DNA from: Chiloscyllium plagiosum
Lineage: Eukaryota
Assembly: GCF_004010195.1 (NCBI RefSeq)
Contig: NC_057718.1
Span: 32,806,203-32,870,202, forward strand
DNA length: 64,000 bases
Direction of reading: 5' to 3'
In this document: piece after piece, positions 50,012 to 62,939 of the stretch
Layout: each line of letters opens with the position of its first letter
Numbering within the stretch: position 1 is the stretch's first letter
Made by a program: the position numbers and the translations under genes
Notes under the pieces: generated by a model
What the model was told of the DNA's origin: nothing
Seen by the model: the letters and a program-made list of their open reading frames with translations, nothing else
Databases searched by the model: none

Positions 50012-50719
50012 ACTTGATTTCTCGTTTGACAAATACTGCCAGACCTGTTGAGTATAGCCAGCATTTTCTGTTTTTCTTACAGTTGAGCTATATTTTCAAT
50101 GCAAATGACCTGTGCTTTAAATGATCAGTTTGAAGACTCTATTGTTCTTCCACACAATTTTATTTAATGAAACGTTTGGTGGTGAGGGTGTATTGTTTAA
50201 TTGTTTAGGAATAAGCAAAAGTTTCTTTCTGGATATATCATCCAGGCACTTGTTACTTCAGTATTCTGTGGCATTTCTTGTGGTTTCAAACTGAATTCTG
50301 GGCCCATCTTGAAATTAGTTTTGTACATTCATACACTATCACTTCTGCTTCTTACTTAAACTGTTTAATTTTCAGTCAAGATTTACTGAATTCCTTGTTC
50401 TGATTCTTATCTGCTAATCCTTGCTGTAAGTTGTATGTAGTCTTTAAAAACAAAAGGGACTGCACTCTGTTAAAGATCAAACAACCTTTCTGATACCAGC
50501 CTGAAAACTAATTAGCTCTGTGTAAGGCAGATGGCTGCCAATACATGTATACTCAAACATCAGTTATTGCTTTTAAGTAGGGGATCAAATTGGAGACAAC
50601 TGGGTAAGCGGGGAAAAAAAGTGAAACACTAAAGTTTGTGCTCCACTGTATATATCCTTACAGCTCTTTCGCAAAGACAGCAACTCGTTATGCAAATTAA
50701 ATTGTCCGTCATTGACTCA

Positions 50720-51210
50720 AAGTCAGAGTTGTACAGCATAGAAACAGACCCATCGGAATGGGTCTAACTCGTCCATGTTGAGCAGATATCCTACATTAAT
50801 CTAGTTCTATCTGCCAGCATTTGGCTCATATTCCTCTAAATCCTTCCTATTCATATATCCATCCAGATTCTTTTTAAATTTGTATTTGTGCCAGGCTCAC
50901 CACTTATTCTGGCATTTCATTCCTGGCATACACCATCCTGCGGCTGAAAGAGTTGCCACTTGGATCCCTTTTAAATCTTTCTCTTCTCACCATAAACCTA
51001 TGCCCTCTAGTTTTGGACTCCCTCCCCATGGGAAAAGTCCTTGACTATTAATCCTACCCATGCCCGTCATGATTTTTAATCAACCTCTATAAGGTCACCC
51101 CTTATAGAGGACGCTCCAGGGAAAATAGCCCCAGCCTATTCAGCCTCTCCCTATAGCTCAAAACATCCAACATCCTTGTAAAACTTTTCTGAACCCTTTC
51201 AAATTTAGTT
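50720..51210 (-). mobile_element. CR1 3' fragment
   Basis: Same family as 780-1330 (catagaaacagaccc...tgccctctagttttgg...cttttctgaaccctttcaa). Confidence 0.85.
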
Positions 51211-51780
51211 GCATTTTACAAAAAAGAATCTTATGTCTAGAAAACAATTGCATTACTATTTGATAAACACTAACACAAATACCAGTATATAAATAGCATT
51301 TTAACACCACAAGGTCTCTTGGTGTTACATGGCCTGAAGTACAGTTGCTGTTGTAATGTAAGATACATCGCAGCCAGTTACAGACATCAAGCTTCCACAG
51401 GCAGCAATGGGATAATAACTACAACATCAATGAATAACCGATAAATAACTGTGGCATTAAATCTGCAAGACAGCCTTTTTGATGAGCTAGTCCAACCAGA
51501 ATGTAGAAACATAAACAATGGCCATCACCTGAAGAATGCTTAATCACTTGTCCCGGACATTTAATGGCAATAACATTTCTAAGTGGAAACGAAGGAGACA
51601 AAGATACACCCTTAAGAGGTGAAGAAGACATAAGAAGAGCAAAGCTTGCTCAAGATTCTTTGGCTACGATTTGATAACTGTTTGGAATCAAATACGTCTT
51701 TAAGTGGTTAAGCTATATTCGTTGAGGAACAAACACTTCTGAATTAGCCCTTCTCTTACACCACCCTGTCAGCAACAATG

Positions 51781-52020
51781 TCTATGTGGGTTTCCTCTGG
51801 GTGCTCCAGTGTCCTTCCACGGTCCAAAGATGTACAGGTTAGGTGAATTGTCCATGCTAAATTGCCCATAGTGCTTCAGTATATGCAGGTTAGGTGCATT
51901 AGTCAGGAGAAATGTAAAATAATAGAGGTCTGGTTGGGATATTCTTCAGAGAGAGTTAGTGTGGACTTGTTGGGCCAAATGGCCTGCTTCCACACTGTAG
52001 GGATTCTACTCTACTCTATA
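51781..52020 (+). mobile_element. 5'-truncated HE1-like SINE
   Basis: V-domain to tail cacactgtagggattcta. Confidence 0.82.
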
Positions 52021-52696
52021 AAAGAAACATTTGCATTTGCCTATCCATTTTCTATAAAATATGGCAGAAAAGGCCAACCGTCTATCATTTGGATGCGTCA
52101 TACACATCCTGTCTGACCAATTAAATCTTCAATGATTTACTGCTCAGGACTAGTTTTTTTTGACAGTTAATATAAGAGGACTTATGTAATGAAGTCATTA
52201 AATGGCAAAAGAAGCCTGAACAATAGTCACCTTTGGACTTAATTGTACTAAATAAAATGTCAGTAGGATTACTATGAAGTAGAATTAAAGCCACAAATCT
52301 CTCACAATGAAACATCATTACATTCCTCATTCGGCAAGGACAGTGAGGCAGTTCTCCTCGCCCACTGCACGCATGTGTCAATGGTTCGCAGATGGAAAGC
52401 ATATTTTTGCTGAATGAGGTTGTAACTGCTCTTTTCTCAATCACTGTATGACTAGGCAGAGCTCCATCTAGCAGTATGACAAAGAACTGCTGAAACCTGA
52501 GCTGCAAGAGAAAGGGCACGGGAAGGTGAGGGAAAAAATAAGGAAGGCGAGCAAGAGAAAATGACAGAGAAACAAACACACAAAGCACAAGTGGTCAGGT
52601 AGCAGCAGAAAGGTGGCAAAAACATTATATATTAAGCAAGGAAAATAGTTAAGTTGAGAGATACACAGAACATAATGACTGCCAGGGTATAAGCCA

Positions 52697-52994
52697 GGGC
52701 AGCACGGTGGCTCAGCAGTTAGCACTGCTGCCTCACAGCACCAGAGACCCAGGTTCGGTTCCAGCCTCGGGTGACTGTCTGTGTGGAGTTTGCACGTTCT
52801 CCCCATGTCTGTGTGGGCTTCCTCTCAGTCCAAAGATGTGCAGGTCAGGTGAATTGGCCATTCTAAATTGCCTGTGGTGTCAGATGCATGTCAGAGGGAA
52901 ATGGGTTTGGGTGGGTTACTATTCGGAGGGTTGGTGTGGACTTGTTGGGCCGAAGAGCCTGTTTCCACACTGTAGGGAATCTAATCATCTAATC
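52697..52994 (+). mobile_element. HE1-like V-SINE
   Basis: tRNA-like head, V-domain with deletion, tail gggaatctaatc. Confidence 0.88.
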
Positions 52995-53799
52995 AATTGC
53001 CACCAAGCCACAATGAGAGATAAAGTGTTGCTGATGAGATGGCTTTGAGTCATTCACATGAAGCAAATAGGAAAGAGTTCAGGTGGATGCTCAAACATTT
53101 GGGAGGTGCAGAAAAGGTAGCAGCCCATTGAAAACTGAAGCTCCAGAAATGACGGAGGAAAGAAAGAAAAGCCAAAGAGCTTGTGCTTGCTGGCGCCATT
53201 ACAAGTCTCCCGAAATGGAACAGGCACGTTTTAACTAATTTTTTAAGCATAACTTAAAAAACACTTTAGGGGAATAGAGCAAGAAGAATGTGAAGCTAGG
53301 CTCAGTTACTCATGAGGTTTTGGAGATTAGGGGAGTGTAATTAGAAAACTGTGTGAATAATAGTATGAGCACTAGTTAGTTGATTTCTCTTTTATGGAGA
53401 AGTTTAAGCAAGCTTCATTCAAATGGATTGTGGATCATGGGACGGCCACCAATGTTGGTTCAGTAATCTGCCCACTGCAAGCATAGAACTGTTGGTGGTG
53501 TGGGAACTAGACGGAGTGGTTGCCTTTATAGTCTTTGATAATATTTCCGTTACAAGAGGTATATCGCGAGGACACGCAGTTTGAAAGCCTTGATAAATAG
53601 TTATGAAAGAAAGTGGCATTTAACGAGTTGAAAAGAATCAGTCAAAACTGAATCAAATTAGAAATCGTGCCTGCAACACCTCAGACAAATATATCACCCA
53701 GTGAATTCCTAATCTCAATTACATTTATGTGATGGAGTGCCACATACCATGTCCATACACAATTAAAGATAATTCTCTAAAGGCCCTTCTTGTGTGTTC

Positions 53800-54165
53800 T
53801 ATCTCATAGACTGGAGCAGATAGTTCAGATTAATATTAGAGTACAGTATTGAGACTGTTACATGGTCTGCTAATGCTGTATTTTGGATGAGGTGTTGAAC
53901 CATGACCCCAACGGGTCTCTCAGGTAGATGTAAACAATAGTTTGGCACAATTTGATGAACAAAAATAAAGTTATTTCTGATGTATTTCCCAATATTTATG
54001 CTTAAATCAACAATAATAAAGATTTCATGATTTTTCGCAAAGCTGATTTTGCCATCTTTCTCTGGGTAAATTTTCACTGCTGCATTTCCCCACATTAAAA
54101 GAGTGAAGTGACTACAGTTTCAAAATAATTATTTGTCGATGAGGTACTTGGTGATATCCAAGCTT
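53800..54165 (+). mobile_element. Old Deu-domain SINE
   Basis: ggatgaggtgttgaacc..ctctcaggtagatgtaaa..ccaatatttatgc..ctgctgcatttccccacatta..gtgactaca blocks in the expected order. Confidence 0.65.
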
Positions 54166-54859
54166 GCACTTGGGCCAAGAGGGACAAACCAAGGAAAAAG
54201 AATTAGAGGAAGAAGCTCTTTGTAAATAATGAAAAATGAATGAAAACATCTTAGAAATATAAATAGAAAACCAAAAGGTTTGTCAATAAAGATGTGACAG
54301 AATGGTTACAAACAATGGAAACTGAAAAGAAAAAAGTTTAAGATTAAGTTAATGAATCACAAGTGTTCCAACTGTTACATATTGTTGAATAATGGTACGA
54401 GTGAGAATGTGGCAGATTTTGCAGGTTGTTTTTAAATAAAAGTGAGTGTCTTGGGAGTACTCATTTCCATAGGAATACTGGCCAGGAATTCTCATCAGCA
54501 AAGAATTCTATTTTGGTGTAACAGTTTCTGGAGTTTATTCAAGTTGTCAAAAACCATCAAGGCAGATATGCACACTAAGCAAAATTGTACAATATTAAAA
54601 AATTCCGCTTTGCTACTTTTTGAAAGCAACTGAAAACATCTCAAGTTTTCCCTTTTGTATTCAAAGTGATCAAAGCTACAAATGCTACACTTTTCTTTTG
54701 CACAGCTCCAAAATGTGCCAGTTTCACTATAGTCCCCTTCATTGAATCGATTTGAATTTTCCATTTCCTGCATTATCCATCCTTGTTAATCCTTGGTATC
54801 TGGCATCTCAGTTAGGTTCTTGTTGCAAACGTAAGACTGGTTTAACACCAGTGAAAAAA

Positions 54860-55390
54860 AAACACTTGGAACTCTAGATGCAGAGTTTAGGTCTCCACAT
54901 TTCTGGAAGGATATTGTTACAATAGAAGGAATGCAACAAAGGTTCACAGACCTGTTCTTGGAGGGATTGGGACTATCCTCTGAAGAGAGATTGGGCAAGC
55001 TGGTCTTGTATTCTTTTAGAGTTTCAAAAGAATGAGAGATGATTTTGTTGAAACATGCAAAATTCTTCCAAGGATAGACAGGACAGATCTAGGCAGGATG
55101 TTTTCCACAAGGGGAATCTAGAACCTGGGGCACAATTTGCAAAAAACGAATAATGCAACTTAGGGGCTGAGATGAGGAATTTTTTTAAAACTCAGAGGGT
55201 TCTTACTGCTTTGAAATTCTCTCCCACAGAGGGCTGGGAAGTTCAGTCTTTGAGTATGTTTAAGGTAGCAATGAACAGATTTCTGATTTACGCTGAGGTA
55301 GAGGAGTATGGGGAAATGGATAAAAGACAGTGAAATGTTTCATCAGCCACAGAATGATGGGGGAGGCTCAATGGGCTGAGAACACTCAAA
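54860..55390 (+). mobile_element. Decayed CR1 3' part
   Basis: ggtctccacatttctggaaggatatt...gcaacaaaggttcacaga...gagatgaggaa. Confidence 0.8.
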
Positions 55391-55787
55391 TAAAAGAGTC
55401 CTTAGGTGAATGGAGTATTCTAATCCACTGTATCAAAGCTGTTCAATAAAAAATTGGCTTGCATTTACATAGAATTGTTCATGAACCCTCTTCGGGTCCC
55501 CAGCATCGCAGGTGCCAGTCTTCAGCCAATTCAGTTCACTTCACAATGCATTAAGAAATGGATGAAAGGACCCAATACTCCAAAGGCTATGGGCCCTGAC
55601 AACATTTGCCAATAGTAGAGTCGGATTCATCCAGTCATACAGCATGGAAACTGACCCTTCGGTCCCACTGGTCTACACTGATCATTTTCCCAAACCAAAC
55701 TAGTCCCACCTGCCTGCATTTGACCCATGCCTCTTGAAAGCTTACCATTCATGTAATTATCCAAATGTACTTTATATGTTATAACTT

Positions 55788-56935
55788 TAGTAAAGCTTTT
55801 GACAAGGTTCTGAAAGGTAAAGTTAGGCCACATGGGATTCAGGGTGAGCTTGCTAACTGGATACATAATTGGCTTAAGGCAGGACACAGAGTAATGGTAG
55901 AGGGATGCTTTTCGAACTGGAGGCCTGTAACCAGCGGTGTTCCACAGGGATTGGCTCTGGGTCCACTTTTGTTTGTCATTTATCTAAATGATTTGGTTGA
56001 GAACACAGAAGGCATGGTTAGTAAGTTCGCGGACATCATCAAAATTGGTGGCATTATCGACAGTGAAGAAGGTTCTCAGAGTACAAAGCGATCTTGATCA
56101 AATGGGTCCATGGGCTGAAAAATAGCAGTTGGAGTTCAATCTGGATAAATGCGAGGTATTGCATTCTGGGACAACAAACAAGGCTTATCTAATTAATGTT
56201 AGAGCCTTGGGTAGTGTTGTAGAACAGAGGGACTTGGGTTGGAGGTACATAATTCTTTGAAGTTTGTGTCACATATAGTGTTGGTAGTTAAAAAGGCATT
56301 TGGTTCACTTGCCTTCATTGCTCGGTCCTTTGAGTATCTGAGTTGGGAAGTCATGTTGAGCCTGTACAAGATATTGGTGAGGCCTCTTCTGGAATACCGT
56401 GTCCAGTTCTGGTCACCCAGTTATAGGAAGGATATTATTAGACTGGAGAGGGTTCAAAAGAGGTTTACCAGGACGTTGCCAGATATGTAAGGTTTGAGTT
56501 AAAAAGGACTGGTTAGGCTGGGATTTGTTTCATTTGAGTGTAGGAAGTTGAGAGGCGACCTGATAGAAGTTTATAAAATAAGGAGGTATAGATAGAGTAA
56601 ATGGTAGTTGTCCTTTCTCTAGCATAGGGATTTCAAGTCTAGGGGGCACATTTTTAAGGTGCGAGAAGAGAGACTTAAAAAGAATGAGAGGAAATTTTGT
56701 TTTGTTTTACACAGGGGGTGGTTCGTGTGTGGAATGAACTTCCTGAGGAAGTGGTGGATGTGGGTATAATTACATCGTTTAAAAGACATTTGGATTAATA
56801 CACGAATAGGAAAGGTTTGGAGGGATATGGACCAGCAGCAGACAGGTGGGACCAGTTTAGTTTGGGTTTATGTTTGACATGGACCAGTTGGACCGAAGTG
56901 TCTGTTTCTGTGCTGTATGACTCTACGACTGTATT
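55788..56935 (+). mobile_element. CR1 RT fragment with 3' tail
   Basis: FSKAFDKV, VTSGVPQGLALGPLLFVIYLNDL, SKFAD, LVRPLLEYRVQFWSP, LERVQKRFTR. Confidence 0.93.
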
Positions 56936-56939
56936 TAAT

Positions 56940-57925
56940 ATCACTCCCATCTTCTGATGTTCAACACAGACAACCTTGTTGATCTTTAAGGGGTCCCATT
57001 CTCTCTCTACTTGCTCTTAATGTACTCTTTGGATTAGCTTTAATCATATCAGCCAAGGCGCTCTCAAATTAGCAGGGCAAAGAGAGGATATATCTTTTTA
57101 CACGAGAGATTCATTTGATCCAAGTTATCTAATATGAATTCTTTCTTACTGTTGGCTAGAGTCTTAATATCTTGAATCATCTATTATATCCTACTCTTTC
57201 CAAGCCTTCCTTTCAATCTAACAGAAACATAATGCCTCTGAACTCTTGTTATCACACTTTTGAAAGCCTCCCATTTGTGCGTCGTCCCTTTAAGTGCGAA
57301 TAGCCTACTCCAATCAACTATTGAAAGTTCTTGTCTCAGACCATTAAAATTTGCTTTACTCCAATTAAGAACATTTACTTTTATGGAAGGCTTATACTTT
57401 TCCATAACTATTTAAAATTAATAAAATTATGATCACTAGTCCCAAAGTGTTCTCCTACCAACACTTCAGTCACTTGTTCTGCTCCTTCTCTAGTAGGTAC
57501 ATTTAAATATTGACAAAGAAAATTTTCTTGAACACATTTAACAAATTCCTCACATCCAAGCATTTAACACTATGGCAGTCCCAGTCAATGTTTGGAAAAT
57601 TAAAATCCCCACTATTACAACCTTATTATTCTTATATATCTGAGATCTCTCTACATACTTGCTCCTCAATTTCCCTCTAACTATTGAGGACCCTATCGAA
57701 CAACCAAACCAAGGTGATCATCCCTTTCTTACTTTTAATTTCTACTCTTATAATTGCACTGGACTATCCCTCAGAAATATTCTAAGTACAGTAGCAATAT
57801 TTTGCTTAATCAAAAACACCACTTCCCCTTCTCTCTTGGGCCTTCCACCTATAATATCTAAAACCCAGATCAATGAGTTGTCAGTCCTGTCCTTCCCTCA
57901 ACCAGTTTTCTGGAATAGCTATATT
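56940..57925 (-). mobile_element. CR1 ORF2 endonuclease/tether fragment
   Basis: Minus ORF LNWSKANFNGLRQELSIVDW..KWEAFKS; GTSDHN motif near 57430-57445. Confidence 0.82.
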
Positions 57926-58010
57926 GATAGCCTCTGTTCCAGAACTCACTGCATCCCTAGCCAAGCTGTTCAAGTTCAACTACAACACCAGCATCCACCT
58001 GGCAATGTGG

Positions 58011-58345
58011 AGAATGCATAGAATCCCTACATTGGGGAAACAGGTCATTCAGCCCAACATGTCCACAATGACCCTCCCCCCTACTCTATCGCTGTAACCC
58101 TGCATTTCCTATGGCTAATACACTGAACCTATACATCCCTGAACACCATGGGTAATTTAGCATGGCCAATGCACCTAACTTGCACATTTTTGGACTCTGA
58201 GAGGAAACTGGAACACTCAGTGGAAACCCCTGCAGACACAGGGAGAATGTGCAAACTCTACAACAGTTGCCGGAGGGTGGAATCAAACCCAGATCCCTGG
58301 TGCTGTGAGGCAGCAGTGCTAATCACTGAGCCACCCTCCTGCCCT
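58011..58345 (-). mobile_element. V-SINE (older subfamily)
   Basis: Head and V-domain on minus; tail differs from the young copies and resembles 29270-29550. Confidence 0.85.
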
Positions 58346-59049
58346 TAAAATTGCTGAGATATGTCATGTATGCAAAAGCAAATTCAATCTGGCCCATAAT
58401 TATTGCCTCATTAGTCAATTCCTCAACATCAATAAAGTGAAGGAAGGTGTCATCAGTGCTATCAAGTAGCATAAATGCAGCAATAACCTGCTCACTGACA
58501 ATCGGCTTACGTTCCACCAGTCATGCAGTTCCTGATCTTATTACAATTCTGGCTCAAACATGGATAAATGAGCAGAATTCCAGAAAGGAGGTAGGAATAT
58601 GGCCATCGACATCAAGAGCACATTTGTCTAAATGTGGCATCAAGGAGCCCTAGCAAAACTGTCAACAGAAATCAAGGTAAAACCTTCCATACTTAACACG
58701 AGGGAAGACGGTTGTGGTTATAGGTCAGTCATCGCAGCTCCAGCTTCAGCTGTCTTTATCAGAAGGTCAGAAGGGAGTGTTCGATAATGAGTATTCAGCA
58801 GAATTTGCAACTCAGATACTTAGGCAGCCCATATTCAAAACAGCAAAGACCAGAACAACATGGAAGTTTCATCTGCTAAATGGTATGTAACATGCACACC
58901 ACACAAGAACTGAGCAGTGACCATCTCCAACAAGAGAATCTAACAATTATCCTTCAACATTTAATGACATTATCGTCGTTAATTGGCAACCTCCAAGATA
59001 ATGGTATTTTGCCAATGACCAGAAGCTGACCTGTCATGTAAATACTATG

Positions 59050-59100
59050 TCAAAAAGTGTGGTGCTGGAAAAGCACAGCTGGTCAGTCCACTTTCTCCTA
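59050..59100. mobile_element. Tiny Penelope-type insertion
   Basis: gtgtggtgctggaaaagcacagc joined to cactttctcc; TSD taaatactatg (59039-59049 / 59103-59113). Confidence 0.6.
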
Positions 59101-60081
59101 TATAAATACTATGGCTAAACAGGCAGGTCAGGAGCTAGGAATCCAAGTAGTACATCATCTCCTGACTCCCTAAAGCCTGTCCACCAACTACAAGGCACAA
59201 ACCAGGAATTTGATGGAATACGTTCTACTTGCCTGATTTAGTGCAGCTCCAACACTCAAGATACTTAGACACTATCCAATACAAAACAGCACACTCAATT
59301 TACACCACGTGAAGGACAAAGCAATGTGTACCACAAAGACAGCAATTTGTCAAAGCTCCTTCAACAACAACTTCCAAACCTAAAATCTCTTACCACCTAG
59401 AAGAAGGGCATCAGATGCGTGCTAACACCACTACCAGATATGCTTCCCTCCAAGTCACAAAGCATCTTGAAAGCCACAGTATTGCTGTTCCTTGGGTCAA
59501 AATCCTGGAACACCCTCCCTAGCAACATTGAGATTATTGCCACACCACATGAACTGCAGTGTTTAGAGAAGTCAGATCATCATCATATTCTCAGGGGCAA
59601 GGAGAGGTGGGTGACACACTCATTTAACGAACAAAATAAAATATAAATTACTCTACCATAGGTGCCTATGCTTTCAGCTGCCTTGAGGGAACTGCCTCCT
59701 TAAATCTCTCTACTTCTCTAACTCTTCTCTTTTAAGGCTCTCGTTAAAATGGATCTCTAAATAAATTTTTGATCACTTTCTCAGATTTCTCTATGTAGCT
59801 AGTGTTAAAATGAATTCAACATTGCTGTGAAGTAGTACCTTGGATATTTTATGGTGTCAAAGGCATATGCTGTTGTAATTATAAATGGATTGTAGAGTTG
59901 TACAAAGTTTGATCCAGTTACTTAATAGTTAACATGACATCAGCTGGTTATGGATGTGTTTCAACAAATACAGAAATGTGATGATTGTGGAATTCTTGGA
60001 GTGAGGAAATGAAATTTGAAAATCTGTGTGCTAAACAGCCTAGAGATTTACACCTTATTCTTTATTTGGCCCAGTGTAATT

Positions 60082-60319
60082 AAGAGCTGAAAATGTGTTG
60101 CTGGAAAAGCGCAACAGGTCAGGCAGCATCCAAGGAGCAGGAGAATCGACGTTTTGGGCATGAGCCCTTCTTCAGGAATCATTCTTGAATCATTCCTGAA
60201 GAATGGCTCATGCCCGAAACGTCGATTCTCCTGCTCCTTGGATGCTGCCTGACCTGCTGCGCTTTTCCAGCAACACATTTTCAGCTCTGATCTCCAGCAT
60301 CTGCAGTCCTCACTTTCTC
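60082..60319. mobile_element. Palindromic Penelope-type mini-element with TSD
   Basis: 97-bp inverted arms 60083-60179 / 60192-60288 (3 mismatches), 3' extension to cactttctc, TSD cccagtgtaatt (60070-60081 / 60320-60331). Confidence 0.8.
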
Positions 60320-60672
60320 CCCAGTGTAATTTAACTATGTACAGTATTAAACGTGTTGGAGTATTCATCATCCCTGTAGATAAATACTTGCACTTTCAAA
60401 TGTGATTCTCAAAAGGCCCATACATCATTTTGGCTCCCAGCATGTGGAATTTCAATATTACACTCTGTGGCTTCCTTTATTTTAGAATTGGAAACATATT
60501 TGCAGTTAATGGATTTTTTTCATTTCACTTGCAGATGCTTTTTAATTTCTGGTCCTTTTCAAACTTGCTCCCTTCCCATAATGGCACATTTGTAAAAGAG
60601 CAATAAGTTACATAGAATAGTAGATTTTTCAAAACAGCATACTTTTCTGGCTTCACATGAACAACTGCATAC

Positions 60673-60781
60673 CTGCCAAGGTCTGTCCCAGTCCAGCGGA
60701 ATAGGAATTGCTCCAAGCCAGGCTCCAAACAAACTGCAAATTGTGGTGATCTGAAGACTGGTATCCCAGATTGACATAGCC
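60673..60781 (-). CDS. PIGF: PIGF (GPI anchor biosynthesis class F) penultimate coding exon
   Basis: Minus strand: acceptor atacag; 109 bp G+AMSIWDTSLQITTICSLFGAWLGAIPIPLDWDRPWQ; donor CAG|gtatgc. GAWLGAxPIPLDWxRPWQ is the PIG-F/Gpi11 signature. Earlier exons were not found and presumably lie beyond 64000. Confidence 0.96.
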
Positions 60782-61297
60782 CTGTATAGTAACAAAAAAG
60801 GTATCATAAATACAAGGTTACTTCTTACCCAAAAAGACTGAACTGTAGAAAGGCAGAATTGAATTTGCAAGACAAAATAAATTTGGGGAGAAAGAAAAGA
60901 AACAAGTGGAAAATGTGAAAGGGAGAACAGGGTAGGGTTTTTCTTTTGTTGCTCTATCCCAGTCAGTCTTCTGCTAGCTCCTGTTCTGGGAAACTCTGAA
61001 AGGATAGCTATTGGGCTTTTTCCAGTCAGCAGCTGTCCCATCTAATTTTAGTTCTTGCCCTTGGGGAAGTGTTGTTCTTGAGCCACTGCACCGCAATGTG
61101 GACAGGTACAGATTATATAGAACACAGTCAAAACGGTTCTGTGTCAGACATACTGACATTCCACAGTAAACCCAGGGGTCTAGCAATTGCTAATATTTAC
61201 TCGGGAGATGCGCTCAGACTGAATTTATTATCCCACACTGGTTCTCCTCGTGATGCATTTCCATTTGATAGTGACTTCAAAATCAATCACATATATA

Positions 61298-61617
61298 GGC
61301 AGCATGGTGGCACAGTGGTTGGCACTGCTGTCTCACAGTGCCAGACACCCGGGTTCAATTCCCGCCTCAGGCAACTGTCTGTGTGGAGTTTGCACATTCT
61401 CCCAGTGTCAACGTGGGTTTCCTCCGGGTGGTCCGGTTTCCTCCCACAGTCCAAAAATGTGCAGGTCAGGTGAATTGGCCATGCTAAATTGCCCGTAGTG
61501 TTAGGTGAAGGGGTAAATGTAGGGGAATGGGTCTGGGTGGGTTGCTCTTCGGAGGGTCGGTGTGGACTTGTTGGGCCAAAGGACCTGTTTCCACACTAAG
61601 TAATCTAATCTAATCTA
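61298..61617 (+). mobile_element. HE1-like V-SINE
   Basis: A/B boxes, V-domain, (aatct)n tail; possible TSD tatagg. Confidence 0.92.
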
Positions 61618-61844
61618 TAGGACTGGAACCATACATAAAATGAGTTGAGGTGGTTAGTTTCCATTACTAAATTCAATTACACAGCTTGCCATAGGGAATG
61701 TGAACTCATGCCCTCTGGGTTGTTCGTCTAGCAACTTTTGATGTAATGCTGCACTTATTCAATTACTACAGCTGCAGTTTGTAACAGCTAAAAGCCCAAC
61801 CTGATTTTCACAGAAAGCCTCCTTTATCAAAGCTTCTGGTCATG

Positions 61845-62210
61845 CCTCACTTTTAAAATTCTCACCCTTGTTTTCAAATCTCTCCATGGCCTTTCCTCAG
61901 CTCTCAGCAAAACAACTTCCTCCACCCCTACAACCCTCCAAGATCTCTGCTCCTCTCCGATTGCGACCACTACTCTAATCAGCATCAGAAGCCATGTTTT
62001 CAGCTACCTAACTCCACATTGTAAATTTCTTTTCCCAAGCCGCTCAGGCTCTCTATCCTTGAACACATTGTTTAAAATGTATGCCTTCCACCAAACATTT
62101 GTTTATTCTAACCTCTCTTTATGTAGCTTAAAGAGTCAAATTTTGTTTGATGACACTCCTGAGATGTTCTACTCTATTAAACTGTCCAAACTAAATCTGG
62201 CTGTTGTTCT
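61845..62210 (+). mobile_element. L2-type LINE 3' end
   Basis: tttaaaattctcacccttgttttcaaatctctccatggcct = FKILTLVFKSLHGL, typical of the L2 ORF2 end; a similar remnant lies at 59655-59880. Confidence 0.65.
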
Positions 62211-62939
62211 ATAGTGTTGACCATACAACATCTCAAGCCAACAAAGAAGGAAGCTGTTGATCTTGGACATAGTCATGCCATTTGACAAAAATGACATATT
62301 TGGTTTAACAGTTTTAAGAAGGTGGACACCAAAAGTATGTTAAGGAGACTCACTGGATATTTCCATAAGTTTGTGCTATCTAGAGTTTTAATATGAAAGT
62401 CTTCCAAAGTTATTTCTGGAAACAATGTAAAACTACTGCGAAACCACGATAACAGTGATTCCTTCCCCATGTTTTCAAACATTGCCAGCAAATACAGACA
62501 GCCATATTTAACATAAGTTTTAACTACGCATAAAGATCCGAAAGCAGGCCATGTCTTAACTAGCTATAATTTGAAGCCATGTGATGCTGGATTGGGCGTC
62601 TGGGGCAGAATTATCCTAAATGTATCACAATCAAATATGACCAACCAGTGTGACAATGCTCACCACTACACTGCACTACAGAAAACCATTTTCATAAAGA
62701 ACTGGTTAGAAGATTGGTAATATTGGACAAGTCAGCTCCTCGAGTGAGCAGATAGGATAGATCATAAAGAGTTATTTTTGTAGTTTGGTTACCATAGTGG
62801 TCAGTCATTGAGCATAGCGACCTGTGGCTACCAACATTCTTTTAACAAAAGAACACAAGTTTATTGCACAAAAAAGAAAAGCAAGGTTATGCAACACAAT
62901 TTATAAAGACGTATACAATCTGGTACATAGAAGGCTTAC

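Larger units (their letters stand above)
55480..59645 (+). mobile_element. LINE family B fragment carrying nested CR1, SINE and Penelope pieces
   Basis: Host reads aaggctatgggccctgacaacat (55582), resumes tgttccagaac..ccctagccaagctgttc (57935), resumes again at ~58347 and ends ~59640. Confidence 0.75.

Noticed and set aside
52121..52588. 155-aa minus-strand ORF
   Set aside because: No recognisable domain, low-complexity F/L-rich start, no splice evidence. Could be non-coding regulatory DNA, but that is untestable here.
60559..61041. 160-aa ORF as a single-exon gene
   Set aside because: Only 60673-60781 has PIGF homology and it is bounded by splice sites; the rest is intron read-through.
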